A stretch of 64,000 nt of DNA, from the IMG/VR virus record IMGVR_UViG_3300028883_000007, positions 1 to 64,000 of that record. One strand, written 5' to 3'. This document shows, piece by piece, positions 49,501 through 58,909 of this stretch (position 1 is its first letter; each line of letters starts with the position of its first letter). A model generated the notes under the pieces. The model made no database searches, was not told the origin of the DNA, and saw only the letters and a program-made list of their open reading frames with translations. The translations under genes and the position numbers were made by a program. Source of the stretch: a virus.

Positions 49501-49875
49501 ATATTTAAACAATATGGCGGCTTTACAAGGAGAAGTTTTCACCTCACAAATGTTTGCAAATGTTATCCATATAGAAGCCGAACTCCCAAACCTGTTAACA
49601 TTAAAGCTTGTTTACCACATTTGAAAAAAGAGTTAAAAACAATCAATTGCAAAGTGGCTTTGATTTTTGGAAATGTTGGATTGCAAGCTTTCGCCGGAGA
49701 AAAAACAGGGATAATAAATAAATCAGGAAATGTTCAATATCTCCCTGAATGGGACATCATGGCTTGTTGGTGCGTTCATCCTTCATGGGTACTCCGCGAC
49801 TCAAGAGAGCGGATAAAAGTATTGAGAAAAGGTATCGCTAAATTTCTTAATATTATTGATGATATTCCATTTTAA
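46552..49875 (+). CDS. dnaE: DNA polymerase III alpha (DnaE-type, PHP domain) fused to a C-terminal family-4 uracil-DNA glycosylase domain
   Basis: PHP domain: HLHNHTEYSQLDG...MTDHGNVDG. Polymerase core: GRGSVGGSLLAYLLGIT...YPDIDIDF. UDG4 (about 49321-49872): CTACQFY, GEAPGKKEDSTGKLFVGPTGDLI, NVCKCYPY and HPSWVLR. Confidence 0.85.
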   Translation: MSFCHLHNHTEYSQLDGVGTPQNYAKKAAELGFKYLAMTDHGNVDGAIQFQKACKENNIKSIIGCEMYIVPFMGAKNKGEQRGHITVLVKNESGWESLLRLLTRANLEGYYYRPRIDYDSVLESDLSGLIFMTACAGSFLRLEGGVDFLLNLIRKKAECYLEIMPHNISAQKKQHDLLNNILDKFYNEEIEPKFVATNDCHYVNRGDWKAQEILLAINRKAKWDDPDRFKFGFKGLHLRTETEMIKAFEKQNYWDDETIEEAMGNTLVIAKQCCDFVIPKQDISLPVPSYFSSRFGEVFDDDTVLENLLQNSPHVHLLVKKEYTERYNYEFEIISKKGFSRYFLIVVDLIQWCSENDVPVGPGRGSVGGSLLAYLLGITETDPIKYGLYFSRFISEDRLDYPDIDIDFADNKRHLVIEYLENTYGKYNTAGISTFLRMKDRGIIHDIGRVFEVPYPEVDQFAKSIVPFDENMDTLEKVAESEEGSEFVKKYPEVIRQAKKLKGQIRGAGQHAAAVVISKEDLRETNRCNLCMRSNRIMANWSMSDSEYCGLMKLDILGLNTLSVLAQCQKLINSPDLKLSAIPLNDNDVFKMLSKGDTAGVFQLSAVPSTKLCKEMQVHDFLDIPAILALVRPGPFYSGMTELYVKRKHGEDWEPDHPIYEEITKDTYGLLVYQEQVMAVISKLAGLPESTADKIRKIIGKKRDPEEFEKYKEMFVKGCLEQKTFSEKRAIEFWEGLLQWASYGFNKAHATEYGLISYWTAYLKYHWPAQFMAAELTYGTGKEDVAKEAQKRDIKIIPPKIGISHALEWRVENNTLFAPFVETKGIGEKQAFTCLPKKAKLSSFFDDGRGEINVTTSIAKILNNICAHDKDVIPDQEILQEYFAEGLFTLSEEDNDSDDSMPTLRRFNRPAKKNCPESPWVERKRAKFDFTDCTACQFYKEGNGPINPCPGILNAAIIGEAPGKKEDSTGKLFVGPTGDLIWSIFKQYGGFTRRSFHLTNVCKCYPYRSRTPKPVNIKACLPHLKKELKTINCKVALIFGNVGLQAFAGEKTGIINKSGNVQYLPEWDIMACWCVHPSWVLRDSRERIKVLRKGIAKFLNIIDDIPF

Positions 49876-50129
49876 AAACTTGTTTTCGTTTTATAATATA
49901 GTCTTAAGGGTAATAAATTATGCTGTATAAATCATATAATTTCTCTGGTGCAATATGGAAATCGAAAATTGTTGCAGGTCATGTTATAGTTTTTATTATG
50001 GCACTCCCTGTAGTGGGTTAACACAATGTCTTGAAGGTAATATTGTTGCAAGAGACACAAGGGCTTGTCACAAGTATGAAAGAATAAATAGGCGCAATCC
50101 AAAACCATTAAAAAGGAGGAGAACAAAAC

Positions 50130-51056
50130 ATGCCACTCCATGTAGATTATCGCCCGGCAGAACTGGAAGAAGTGATAGGGAACAAGGAAACAATAAAAAA
50201 GCTGAAAGCCATATTTCTCCGGGAGAACAAAGATTTTCCTCACGCCCTACTCTTCAGCGGTCCAAGTGGTTGCGGCAAAACAACATTTGCCCGGATAATC
50301 AAACACCTCGTAGACTGCGAAGACGAAGACTTCATAGAGATGAACGCGAGTAATACTCGAGGTATCGATGCAGCGAGAGCAATTATTGACACCATGAATT
50401 TTCTCCCCAATGGTGAAAGTCGGGTTTATCTTATTGATGAAGTACATCAAGCCACCAAAGACTTTCAAAACAGTATTTTAAAAGCCCTGGAGGATACTCC
50501 CAAGCATGTCTTTTTTATCCTTTGTACTACCGACCCTCAAAAACTCTTAAAAACCATCCGAAATCGTTGCAGTTGTTTTGAAGTAGAAAAACTCTCCGAA
50601 ACCCAAATTGAAGATCTGGTAAAAGAGATTTTAGATGCGGAGGGCATTACCGATTTCCCAGTTTCCGCCATTGCCAAAATTGCTGAACTTGCGGATGGTT
50701 GCCCCAGACAAGCCCTTGTGCTCCTTGACCAAGTAATTGACTTTGATGAACCGGAGGAAATTGAAGAAGCTCTTAAGGGGCTTTCCATAGGAGAAAACAA
50801 ACAAGTTCTTGATTTATGCCGAGCCTTGGTAAAACAGAGGCCTTGGTCAGAGGTTGGTCCTATTGTAAAGGGGATAAAAGAGGACCCTGAAAAAATAAGA
50901 CAAGGAGTAATTGGATATATGAGAAACTGTGCTCTTAACTCCAAAAGCACTCCAGACCCCACTTTTGCCCTTGTTTTTGAAGCTTTCCGTGAGCCTAATT
51001 TTTATAACGGGACAGCAGGACTTGTTTTTGCTTGTTTGGAGGCTATAGGTGAATAA
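50130..51056 (+). CDS. Clamp loader AAA+ subunit (DnaX/HolB/RFC-like)
   Basis: Walker A is LLFSGPSGCGKTT, Walker B is VYLIDEVH, and sensor 1/SRC-like sequence is FFILCTTDPQKLLKTIRNRC. Confidence 0.8.
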   Translation: MPLHVDYRPAELEEVIGNKETIKKLKAIFLRENKDFPHALLFSGPSGCGKTTFARIIKHLVDCEDEDFIEMNASNTRGIDAARAIIDTMNFLPNGESRVYLIDEVHQATKDFQNSILKALEDTPKHVFFILCTTDPQKLLKTIRNRCSCFEVEKLSETQIEDLVKEILDAEGITDFPVSAIAKIAELADGCPRQALVLLDQVIDFDEPEEIEEALKGLSIGENKQVLDLCRALVKQRPWSEVGPIVKGIKEDPEKIRQGVIGYMRNCALNSKSTPDPTFALVFEAFREPNFYNGTAGLVFACLEAIGE

Positions 51057-51327
51057 ATTAAGAGATATTTGGTTTACTTTTTCTTGTCATATGAAAATAG
51101 TTATCAGCAGTCTTATTTTTTTTATTTTGCTTTCATTGGTTCTTAGCTGGGCTATTTACCAAATAGAGGGATCATGCCAAAGCTGGCAAAAGGTAACAAA
51201 CGAATATAGAGAAAAAGCTGAACTGTATAAACAAGCTTATATTCAATTAATTGTAGACAAAGAAAGATTAAAAAGAGATAACTCTTTTTATCCTTATGTT
51301 TCCCCAACCCCAGAAGAGGAAAAATGA
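51049..51327 (+). CDS. Single-TM membrane protein
   Basis: 92 aa with an N-terminal transmembrane segment (IVISSLIFFILLSLVLSWAIY) and then a coiled-coil-like tail. Confidence 0.45.
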   Translation: MNKLRDIWFTFSCHMKIVISSLIFFILLSLVLSWAIYQIEGSCQSWQKVTNEYREKAELYKQAYIQLIVDKERLKRDNSFYPYVSPTPEEEK

Positions 51328-51584
51328 AAATCGAAGATATTGACAAAGCTATTAGAGCCAAGGAAGAAATTGGGAAAAGAGAAGAACAAATTGAAATGCT
51401 GTCAAAATCTGCCCAGAATACAAATGGAGATGATTTACGTCTTCAAGCCAACAAATTTACCGGGGCTTCTTGTTTTTGTAAAATTACTCTAACTCCAGAA
51501 GAAAAAGCAATAATTGAAAAAATGGTTATTCAGCGATTGGTGATAGAGATTGATACCTTGAAGTTGATAATTGAAAATTTATAA
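51324..51584 (+). CDS. Hypothetical protein
   Basis: 86-aa ORF with an ATGA overlap with the upstream gene. Confidence 0.45.
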   Translation: MKIEDIDKAIRAKEEIGKREEQIEMLSKSAQNTNGDDLRLQANKFTGASCFCKITLTPEEKAIIEKMVIQRLVIEIDTLKLIIENL

Positions 51585-51597
51585 AAAGGAGGTAAAA

Positions 51598-52119
51598 ATG
51601 GCAAACGAATATCAAAGAGACATCGCTATTGATCCGGATAATTTGGAGGAGGAATTTTTGCAGCAACCCTCTTTGTATTTCAAATACAGCGATCTCCGAC
51701 GTGAAGCTGGTGAAGACAGAGACAAAGCCAAAGATCAGCTGGAGCTTTGGAAAGCCCAAACCAGTCTCGCCATCAGAAGTAATCCCGATCAGTATGGATT
51801 GGCAAAGGCAACAAACGATGCTGTTTCAGAAAAATTGACATCGATATTGAATGATAAAGAAAATACAGGACACGATGTGAAAGAAAGATATGATGAAGCC
51901 CTTTATCGTTTCAACATATACTCCAATGTTTTGGCTTCTTTAGACCAAAAGAAAAAATCTTTGGAGATGTTGGTTCAGTTGCATGTTTCAAATTGGTTTA
52001 GTGGTCCCGCAGAACCCAAAACCGTCCCGGGAGGCAAACGCATTGTCGATATTCACTCCGGAGATGTTTCAAACAAAGTGCGCCAAGCCACCAAAACCCG
52101 GACCCGTCGTCGCCGTTAA
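51598..52119 (+). CDS. UvsY-like recombination mediator (tentative), with a C-terminal TRTRRRR tail
   Basis: The N-terminus, IAIDPDNLEEEFLQQPSLYFKYSDL, resembles the I-D-x-D-N-L...P-x-L-x-x-K-Y start of T4-like UvsY proteins. It neighbours the gp32-like and UvsX-like genes. The start is set at MANEYQ after AAAAAGGAGG. Confidence 0.45.
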   Translation: MANEYQRDIAIDPDNLEEEFLQQPSLYFKYSDLRREAGEDRDKAKDQLELWKAQTSLAIRSNPDQYGLAKATNDAVSEKLTSILNDKENTGHDVKERYDEALYRFNIYSNVLASLDQKKKSLEMLVQLHVSNWFSGPAEPKTVPGGKRIVDIHSGDVSNKVRQATKTRTRRRR

Positions 52120-52133
52120 ACACTATTCAAACT

Positions 52134-52178
52134 AAATGATTTAACATTCTTTAAACGTTTTTAATTGTACTAATACCC
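52134..52178 (+). promoter_or_regulatory. Copy B of the bipartite motif (TTTAAACG - N13 - TAATACCC) upstream of the SSB gene
   Basis: AAATGATTTAACATTCTTTAAACGTTTTTAATTGTACTAATACCC. Compare copy A; it ends 22 nt before the ATG at 52201. Confidence 0.45.
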
Positions 52179-52200
52179 TAACATACATGGAGAAGAAAAA

Positions 52201-53370
<1,170 letters not shown>

Positions 53371-53373
53371 TAA

Positions 53374-53565
53374 ATGAAAATTGATCCCAACAGAAGATAT
53401 ATTAGTGTCTCCAAGGCCATAAAATTAGTTTTCTCTTATGGCCTTGGGGTCAAAACCCGTCCAACAATTACTTCTTGGGCTCAAAAAAACAACTTGGGAG
53501 TAAAAGTGGGCGGCAGATGGTATATTGATGAAGAAAAATTTATTTCACATTTAAAAGGAGAGTAA
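53374..53565 (+). CDS. Small HTH DNA-binding protein (excisionase/MerR-like fold)
   Basis: YISVSKAIKLVFSYGLGVKTRPTITSWAQKNNLGVKVGGRWYIDEEKF fits the HTH_17-like pattern. Confidence 0.5.
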   Translation: MKIDPNRRYISVSKAIKLVFSYGLGVKTRPTITSWAQKNNLGVKVGGRWYIDEEKFISHLKGE

Positions 53566-53567
53566 AA

Positions 53568-53888
53568 ATGGAAACAGGCAAAAAAGCTGAAGATTTTTTG
53601 GGTCGCGGAAAAATTTTGTTGGAAGCTCACGATATTATTAATGGGGAACGGCAAGACCAATATGGTGATCCAGAAGACAGTTTTCAGGTCATTGCGGAGT
53701 ATTGGTCTACTTACATTGAAAGGGTTTGGGAGAAACAGAAATGTCTCCTTCCTCTCGATGTCGCAAATTTGCAAATTCTTTTTAAACAAGGAAGAAAACT
53801 GGGGCAATACTCGGCTGTAGACAATTACCGCGACTCTGCTGGATATGAAGGGATTGGAGCAGACATGGTGGAGGAAAATAATGACTGA
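53568..53888 (+). CDS. DUF6378-like phage protein
   Basis: ERQDQYGDPEDSFQVIAEYW...DVANLQILFKQGRK......DNYRDSAGYEGI matches a common phage domain of unknown function. Confidence 0.5.
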   Translation: METGKKAEDFLGRGKILLEAHDIINGERQDQYGDPEDSFQVIAEYWSTYIERVWEKQKCLLPLDVANLQILFKQGRKLGQYSAVDNYRDSAGYEGIGADMVEENND

Positions 53889-55047
53889 ACGACGCAGAAG
53901 AGAAAGGCCCACAAGAAGAAGGCCCCGTCGGTCTGTTGATATGGTTAAAGACATAGAGGAGTCAATTAAGTCTCCCACAAAACATGCTATATCAACAGAC
54001 GTTCTTATCCCCTCTGGCTCTACCATGTTAAATTTGGCCTGTAGCGACAATCCCAATGCAGCTTATGGTATTGGAAAAATCGTTACAATGCCCGGTTCCT
54101 CCTCCTCTGGCAAAACGATTTTGATGCTCACCTCTATGGCAGAAATGGTTAACAACTCCCGGTTTGATGATTACTCTTTTTATTATGATGATGGGGAGGA
54201 AGCCCTTGCATTTGATATGGAATATCTTTTTGGGGAAAAACTTCCGCAAAGGCTTAAACCGCCCGGAGGATATGATGACGACAATCGGCCTGTTTATTCT
54301 AACACTATCCAGGAATTTAAAGCTAACATCTTAACCCGCTGCAAAAATGAAGAGAAGTTTATTTACACTCTTGATTCCCTTGACGCTTTGACCACTGATG
54401 AAGAACTTGAAAAGGAATACAAAAAAGCTCTTCTCTTGGCCAAGGGGGATAAAAAAGCAATTGAAGCATTGACCGGGTCCTTCAAAACAGAAAAAGCAAA
54501 AATCACAGGGGAAGCCTTACGCATGATAAACGGGGCTTTAAAGAAAACAGACTCCGCCCTATTTATCATACAGCAAATCCGGCAAAAGATTGGGGTTGTT
54601 GGGTTTGGCAAAAAAACAACAACCTCTGGAGGGAATGCTCCTTTCTTTTACTCTACCCATCAAGTTTGGCTCAACAAAACAAAAACTCTTAAAAACGATA
54701 AGTTTAAGTTGAAAATAGGCAATTGCGTTAACGCCGAAATCACCAAAAACAAACTTACAGGCAAACTTAGAGATATTGATTTCGATGTCTTTTATGATTA
54801 CGGCATAGATGATATATCCTCCATGGTTGACTACTTAACCAAAACCAAAATCTGGAAAAAGAGTGGAGGGTATATTTATCCCAGCCAGTTCTTGGGTTCT
54901 GCTCCGCCGAAAAAGTTTTATAAAAAAGACCTTGTAAAACTTATTGAACAAGAGGGGGCAGAAAAAGAAGTAAAAGATTTGTGCGGAGAAATTTGGAACA
55001 GCATTGAAGACGCTGTTAAATTATCCGACCGGAAAAGAAAATACTAA
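53881..55047 (+). CDS. RecA-superfamily recombinase (UvsX/Sak4-like)
   Basis: IPSGSTMLNLACS...KIVTMPGSSSSGKTILML is Walker A and IYTLDSLDALTT is Walker B. The start is set at MTERRRRE (ATGA-type overlap with the upstream stop). The N-terminus is Arg-rich. Confidence 0.65.
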   Translation: MTERRRRERPTRRRPRRSVDMVKDIEESIKSPTKHAISTDVLIPSGSTMLNLACSDNPNAAYGIGKIVTMPGSSSSGKTILMLTSMAEMVNNSRFDDYSFYYDDGEEALAFDMEYLFGEKLPQRLKPPGGYDDDNRPVYSNTIQEFKANILTRCKNEEKFIYTLDSLDALTTDEELEKEYKKALLLAKGDKKAIEALTGSFKTEKAKITGEALRMINGALKKTDSALFIIQQIRQKIGVVGFGKKTTTSGGNAPFFYSTHQVWLNKTKTLKNDKFKLKIGNCVNAEITKNKLTGKLRDIDFDVFYDYGIDDISSMVDYLTKTKIWKKSGGYIYPSQFLGSAPPKKFYKKDLVKLIEQEGAEKEVKDLCGEIWNSIEDAVKLSDRKRKY

Positions 55048-55053
55048 ACATAA

Positions 55054-55145
55054 GGGGTGAGCATCAGGGCTAAAACTCTTGTAACGCGAACAAGAGACAT
55101 AAGCATCGCGAAGCTGAACAGGTTCGAATCCTGTACCGCCCCCCA
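55054..55145 (+). ncRNA. tRNA-like element: perfect T-arm, 3' acceptor strand and encoded CCA, but no canonical D-arm or anticodon arm
   Basis: T-arm ACAGG-TTCGAAT-CCTGT (55118-55134), followed by ACCGCCCC-CCA. The 5' GGGGTG can pair with CGCCCC (6 bp including one G-U). The central hairpin is 7 bp (CTCTTGT/ACAAGAG) with loop AACGCGA, which lacks U33. Confidence 0.35.
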
Positions 55146-55169
55146 TTACCAATTTGTTAAGGAAAGATT

Positions 55170-55718
55170 ATGGAAAGAATAAGGAGGTCTGCCAGAAAAA
55201 ACGAACCTATATTTGCCGGTATCGATCCCGGTGCAACAGGAGCAATTTGTGTTATTGACTCTTCTCTTGAAATTCTTGAGCTCCAAGACTATCCCGGAAA
55301 TGAAAGAGATTGCGCACAAATTGTGAATAATTATGCCAAATGGTGGCACCAAAACGGGTTTGAACTCTTTGTTGCTTTGGAATTTGTCCACTCCATGTCT
55401 GGGCAAGGGGTAAAATCAATGTTCTCATTTGGGGAGAACTATGGCATTTGGAAAGCTTGTCTTGCAAGTAATGGAATAAAATATGCAAACCCTTCTCCAC
55501 AACAATGGATGGCAGGGTTGATCAAAAAAAATGTAAAGGGGTTAAACCAAAAAGAGAGAAAAAAGGAAACAGCCCGAGCCCATTTAGTCGCCGCAACAAA
55601 TTTTTTCCCAGAATGGAGGACTTCGTTTAAAGGCCCCAGAGGAGGAATAAAAACCGATCGTTGTGCTGCCGCATTATTGGCCTATTGGCGCAGACAAATT
55701 TATTACAGAGGAGAATAA
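55170..55718 (+). CDS. ruvC: RuvC-like Holliday junction resolvase
   Basis: IFAGIDPGATGAICVID carries the first catalytic Asp. ...LEFVHSM... and C-terminal KTDRCAAALLAYW follow. Size is 182 aa. Confidence 0.65.
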   Translation: MERIRRSARKNEPIFAGIDPGATGAICVIDSSLEILELQDYPGNERDCAQIVNNYAKWWHQNGFELFVALEFVHSMSGQGVKSMFSFGENYGIWKACLASNGIKYANPSPQQWMAGLIKKNVKGLNQKERKKETARAHLVAATNFFPEWRTSFKGPRGGIKTDRCAAALLAYWRRQIYYRGE

Positions 55719-55719
55719 A

Positions 55720-55956
55720 ATGGAAATTAAGATCGAAATCTATTGCGAAAAATGCCATGCCCTTATTAAAGAATCTTATGTTCATATAAAAGATAAAGAA
55801 ATCTTTATGGTTTCAGCTCCTCCTTGCACAAATTGTGAAAAACTTGCTTTTGAAAGAGGCCAATCAAAAGGATACCGTGAAGGAGTAAAAAAGACTCAGC
55901 AAAAACATAAATCGGGAGTTTTAAACGGGGACCTCAAGTTTGGACATTTTTCTTAA
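55720..55956 (+). CDS. Small zinc-ribbon protein
   Basis: CEKCH...CTNCEK. The start is set at MEIKIE after GGAGAATAAA. Confidence 0.45.
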   Translation: MEIKIEIYCEKCHALIKESYVHIKDKEIFMVSAPPCTNCEKLAFERGQSKGYREGVKKTQQKHKSGVLNGDLKFGHFS

Positions 55957-55970
55957 AAAGGAGATTTTTA

Positions 55971-57014
55971 ATGATTGAATATATCCATATTAAAAATTTC
56001 CTATCTCACAAAAACTCCCGGGTTGATTTTGACCCGGGAGTTAACTCCATTGTTGGAAATTCCGATGCCGGAAAATCAGCAATTATAAAAGCCCTGGATT
56101 GGGTATTTAACAACAACCCCTCCGGAGACGAATTTATAAATTGGTATGCAGGCAAAGAACCAGCCATTGTTGAGATAGGGATAAATGGCCATAAAATAAC
56201 CAGACTAAAATCAAAAACTAAAAATCTTTACCAACTTGACGACGAAGAACCAGACAGGGCTTTTGGGGTGGCAGTACCAGAAAAAATTGCCAAAGTAATA
56301 AATATTAATCCTGCCAGCTTACACAGACAACCAGACCCGGCTTTTTTAATATCTCAAAACTCTCCAACAGTTGCGGCATATATTAACAAAATTGCAAACC
56401 TTGAGATAATGCAAAAAAGCGTTTCGGAAATCAATTTGCAAGTAACAAGGGGCTCACGTGGTTTAAAAACTCTTGAATTTGATTTGGAAGAAAAGAGAAA
56501 GGAACAAAAAGAGTTTCGGTGGATAGATAATGCAGAGGGTTTTCTGGTTGGGCTTAAGCAGCAGCAAACCAAAATAAACAAACTCCGAACCAAAATCACA
56601 AAAATTAAAGGAGTTGTTGCCCAGATTAAAGAAAATCAAAAAAGACTCTGCCATTATGATTGGGTTAAAATAGCCATTAATCAATTAGAGGCTTGTAATG
56701 CCCTTAATAAAAAAAGAACAGCCAAAATCAAAGCAATAAAACGGGTTGAGGCGGCAATTACAAGGGTTGCCAATGCCCAAGAAAAACTTAAAAAATTGCC
56801 CAGCTTAAAAAACGCAAAAGAATTAAAAAATTTATTGGTTTTGGGTTATAATATAAAACAGAAAACTAACAAATTTAATGCTCTTATTGATTTAACAGAG
56901 GGAATTAAAAACAAACAAAATCAATTAAAAGACAGGGAAGCTTCCCTAAAAAAGACCGAAGAGAATTTTTATAAATTAATGCCAGACATTTGTCCATTAT
57001 GCGGGAGAGGATAA
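55971..57014 (+). CDS. Rad50/SbcC (T4 gp46-like) N-terminal half: Walker A head, coiled coil, ending at the CxxC zinc hook
   Basis: IHIKNFLSHKNSRVDFDPGVNSIVGNSDAGKSAIIKAL is followed by about 190 aa of coiled coil. The ORF terminates ...DICPLCGRG-stop. Confidence 0.7.
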   Translation: MIEYIHIKNFLSHKNSRVDFDPGVNSIVGNSDAGKSAIIKALDWVFNNNPSGDEFINWYAGKEPAIVEIGINGHKITRLKSKTKNLYQLDDEEPDRAFGVAVPEKIAKVININPASLHRQPDPAFLISQNSPTVAAYINKIANLEIMQKSVSEINLQVTRGSRGLKTLEFDLEEKRKEQKEFRWIDNAEGFLVGLKQQQTKINKLRTKITKIKGVVAQIKENQKRLCHYDWVKIAINQLEACNALNKKRTAKIKAIKRVEAAITRVANAQEKLKKLPSLKNAKELKNLLVLGYNIKQKTNKFNALIDLTEGIKNKQNQLKDREASLKKTEENFYKLMPDICPLCGRG

Positions 57015-57019
57015 AAACA

Positions 57020-57454
57020 ATGATGGATCTTATGCAAAAAAAACTTGCTGATCTCATGGCCAAAAAAATAGATAAAGAAATGCAAAAAATTTATGAGACA
57101 GCATTTGAAGCAGAACCCTTTGTTTCTACTCCCAATTATTCTTTGTCTTTTAAATCGCTCATAAAAATAGCGGCAGAATTAGAAGAGAAAAGGATAAAAA
57201 CCAGAGTTCCATTGAAGATTATCGTCAACCCTCATTTAACAAGAGAAAAGCAAACCCGATTTCCCAAAAAAAAGAAAAATAAAAGATGGGTTAAAAAGTT
57301 CAAAAAAAAGTATTTATATTCCATACCCAACAAAGAGATATACTGGTTTAAACAACAAGGAGTTGTTATTTGCCATCCTATAATGGAAGCCGAAATTAAA
57401 CATCAGTTATCTTTGGGAGGGCTTTATGACAATTATGCATTGCGGGAAATTTAA
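57020..57454 (+). CDS. Hypothetical protein with a basic patch
   Basis: The start is set at MMDLMQ after GGAGAGGATAAAAACA. It contains RFPKKKKNKRWVKKFKKK. Confidence 0.45.
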   Translation: MMDLMQKKLADLMAKKIDKEMQKIYETAFEAEPFVSTPNYSLSFKSLIKIAAELEEKRIKTRVPLKIIVNPHLTREKQTRFPKKKKNKRWVKKFKKKYLYSIPNKEIYWFKQQGVVICHPIMEAEIKHQLSLGGLYDNYALREI

Positions 57455-57599
57455 AGGCAAAGACATCTCCGCCCTGCCGAACTGGTATTTAAAATGGATG
57501 GCGGAGAACTGGTCAGAAAATACTGAACTCAATAAAAAGCTTTGTAAAGAAGCAGACCAAGAATTGAAATGGAGACAACACCATGGAATCGAAATTTAA
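57426..57599 (+). CDS. DUF3820-like small protein
   Basis: Hand-translated 57 aa: MTIMHCGKFKGKDISALPNWYLKWMAENW.... The G-K-x-K-G-x-x-I-x-x-L-P-x-x-Y-L-x-W pattern is characteristic. RBS is GGGAGGG. It is below the ORF-track cut-off. Confidence 0.55.
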   Translation: MTIMHCGKFKGKDISALPNWYLKWMAENWSENTELNKKLCKEADQELKWRQHHGIEI

Positions 57600-58023
57600 T
57601 GAAGCAGATCTTCGGTATGTAACAGCAAACACGCTCAAAACGATGGAGGAATATGAAGAGCAAGTAAAAGAAACCGCTATTTATCCCGGAGTAGATGGAT
57701 TGGCTTTTAAAATTGACCGCGAAACCAGAAAACAAATTCTCTCTGGAAATATTACTGGTTTGCTTTATACCGCTCTGGGGCTGGCAGGAGAAGCCGGAGA
57801 GTTTTCCGATAAAGTAAAAAAAATTCTCCGGGACGACAAAGGGGTTATAAGCCTCAAAAAACGGCTGGCAATGGCTCAAGAATTGGGAGACGTTTTCTGG
57901 TATCTTGCTCGATGCTCTGCTGAACTTCGTTATACTCTAGAAATGATTTCAGACCTTAATTACGAAAAACTTTCCAAAAGAAAAAAAGAAGGAAAATTAG
58001 GAGGGTCTGGCGATGACCGTTGA
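57583..58023 (+). CDS. mazG: MazG-like nucleoside triphosphate pyrophosphohydrolase
   Basis: LGLAGEAGEFSDKVKKILRD...ELGDVFWYLARCSAEL carries the EEXXE/D-type MazG motifs. Confidence 0.8.
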   Translation: MESKFNEADLRYVTANTLKTMEEYEEQVKETAIYPGVDGLAFKIDRETRKQILSGNITGLLYTALGLAGEAGEFSDKVKKILRDDKGVISLKKRLAMAQELGDVFWYLARCSAELRYTLEMISDLNYEKLSKRKKEGKLGGSGDDR

Positions 58024-58909
58024 TGCAATTTTTTGCGCTGATACTCATTTAAGGTCTGACACCCCAAGAAGTCGAACTGATGATTTTTATAAAACCCTCC
58101 AAACCAAATTTGAATTTATTCTTCAAAAAGGAAAAGAATTACAATGTCCCATTTTAATTGCTGGAGACTTGGGACATCGCTCCTCTTGGCCTTGGTCTTT
58201 ATACTCTTGGTTTATTCGTATAATTAATTATTATGACGCTGATATCATTTGTATCCCGGGCCAACATGACCTCCCAAATCATAGGATAGATAAAATGGTT
58301 GATGCCCCTATAGGGGTTGCTGATATGTCAGATTTTATAATAGCCCTAAACGAAGAGAAAATTACCCGAAAGGAGTTTGTTGTTCACGGTTTTCCTTTTG
58401 GAGTAAAGGTGTCAGGGAAGCTTATCCCTGACACTGTTAATATCGCCTTAACCCACCAAATGGTGATTGAAGATAAGCCAGAATGGGAGGGGCAAGCTGG
58501 GACAAAGGCAATAACTTTACTTCGGAGAAATAATTTTGATGTTATTCTTTCCGGAGATAACCATAAACCTTTTGTTGTAAAGTACAAAAATAAATTATTG
58601 GTTAATCCCGGGTCAATGATGCGGTCGAATGCAGACCAAGCAAACCACAAGCCTCGTATTTATTTGTACAATGCAGAAGAAAATGATGTTACTCCGCTTT
58701 TCCTCCCAATTGAAAAAGACGTTTTAAAAGAAGCCCCAAAAGATTCAGAAAACCGTAAAAAAAGATACGAAGCCTTTGTAGAAAACCTCCAGGAAGACAA
58801 AGGTACAACTGTTAAATTTGAGGACAATGTTGAAAGATATTTTTCTACTAACCGCACCAGAAAAAATATAAAGGAGAGAGTGTGGGAGATAATCGAAATG
58901 GTTTCGTAA
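58013..58909 (+). CDS. Mre11/SbcD (T4 gp47-like) metallophosphoesterase nuclease
   Basis: IFCADTHL, LIAGDLGH, IPGQHD, LTHQ and LSGDNH are calcineurin-like phosphoesterase motifs I-V. Confidence 0.75.
   Translation: MTVDAIFCADTHLRSDTPRSRTDDFYKTLQTKFEFILQKGKELQCPILIAGDLGHRSSWPWSLYSWFIRIINYYDADIICIPGQHDLPNHRIDKMVDAPIGVADMSDFIIALNEEKITRKEFVVHGFPFGVKVSGKLIPDTVNIALTHQMVIEDKPEWEGQAGTKAITLLRRNNFDVILSGDNHKPFVVKYKNKLLVNPGSMMRSNADQANHKPRIYLYNAEENDVTPLFLPIEKDVLKEAPKDSENRKKRYEAFVENLQEDKGTTVKFEDNVERYFSTNRTRKNIKERVWEIIEMVS

Noticed and set aside
49955-50353. 132-aa ORF beginning with a Cys-rich segment (MEIENCCRSCYSFYYGTPCSG...) in the long leader before the clamp-loader gene.
   Set aside because: It has no convincing RBS, and its last 220 nt run out of frame through the well-supported AAA+ clamp-loader gene as Arg-rich filler. 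A short Cys-rich leader peptide cannot be excluded, but I cannot support one.
55054-55145. A canonical tRNA or tRNA-Sec gene.
   Set aside because: I could not build a D-arm. The would-be anticodon stem is 7 bp with A at position 33 and no sensible anticodon context. Acceptor pairing has mismatches next to the T-stem. An 8/5 Sec-type fold fails (two mismatches, and the loop is not UCA).
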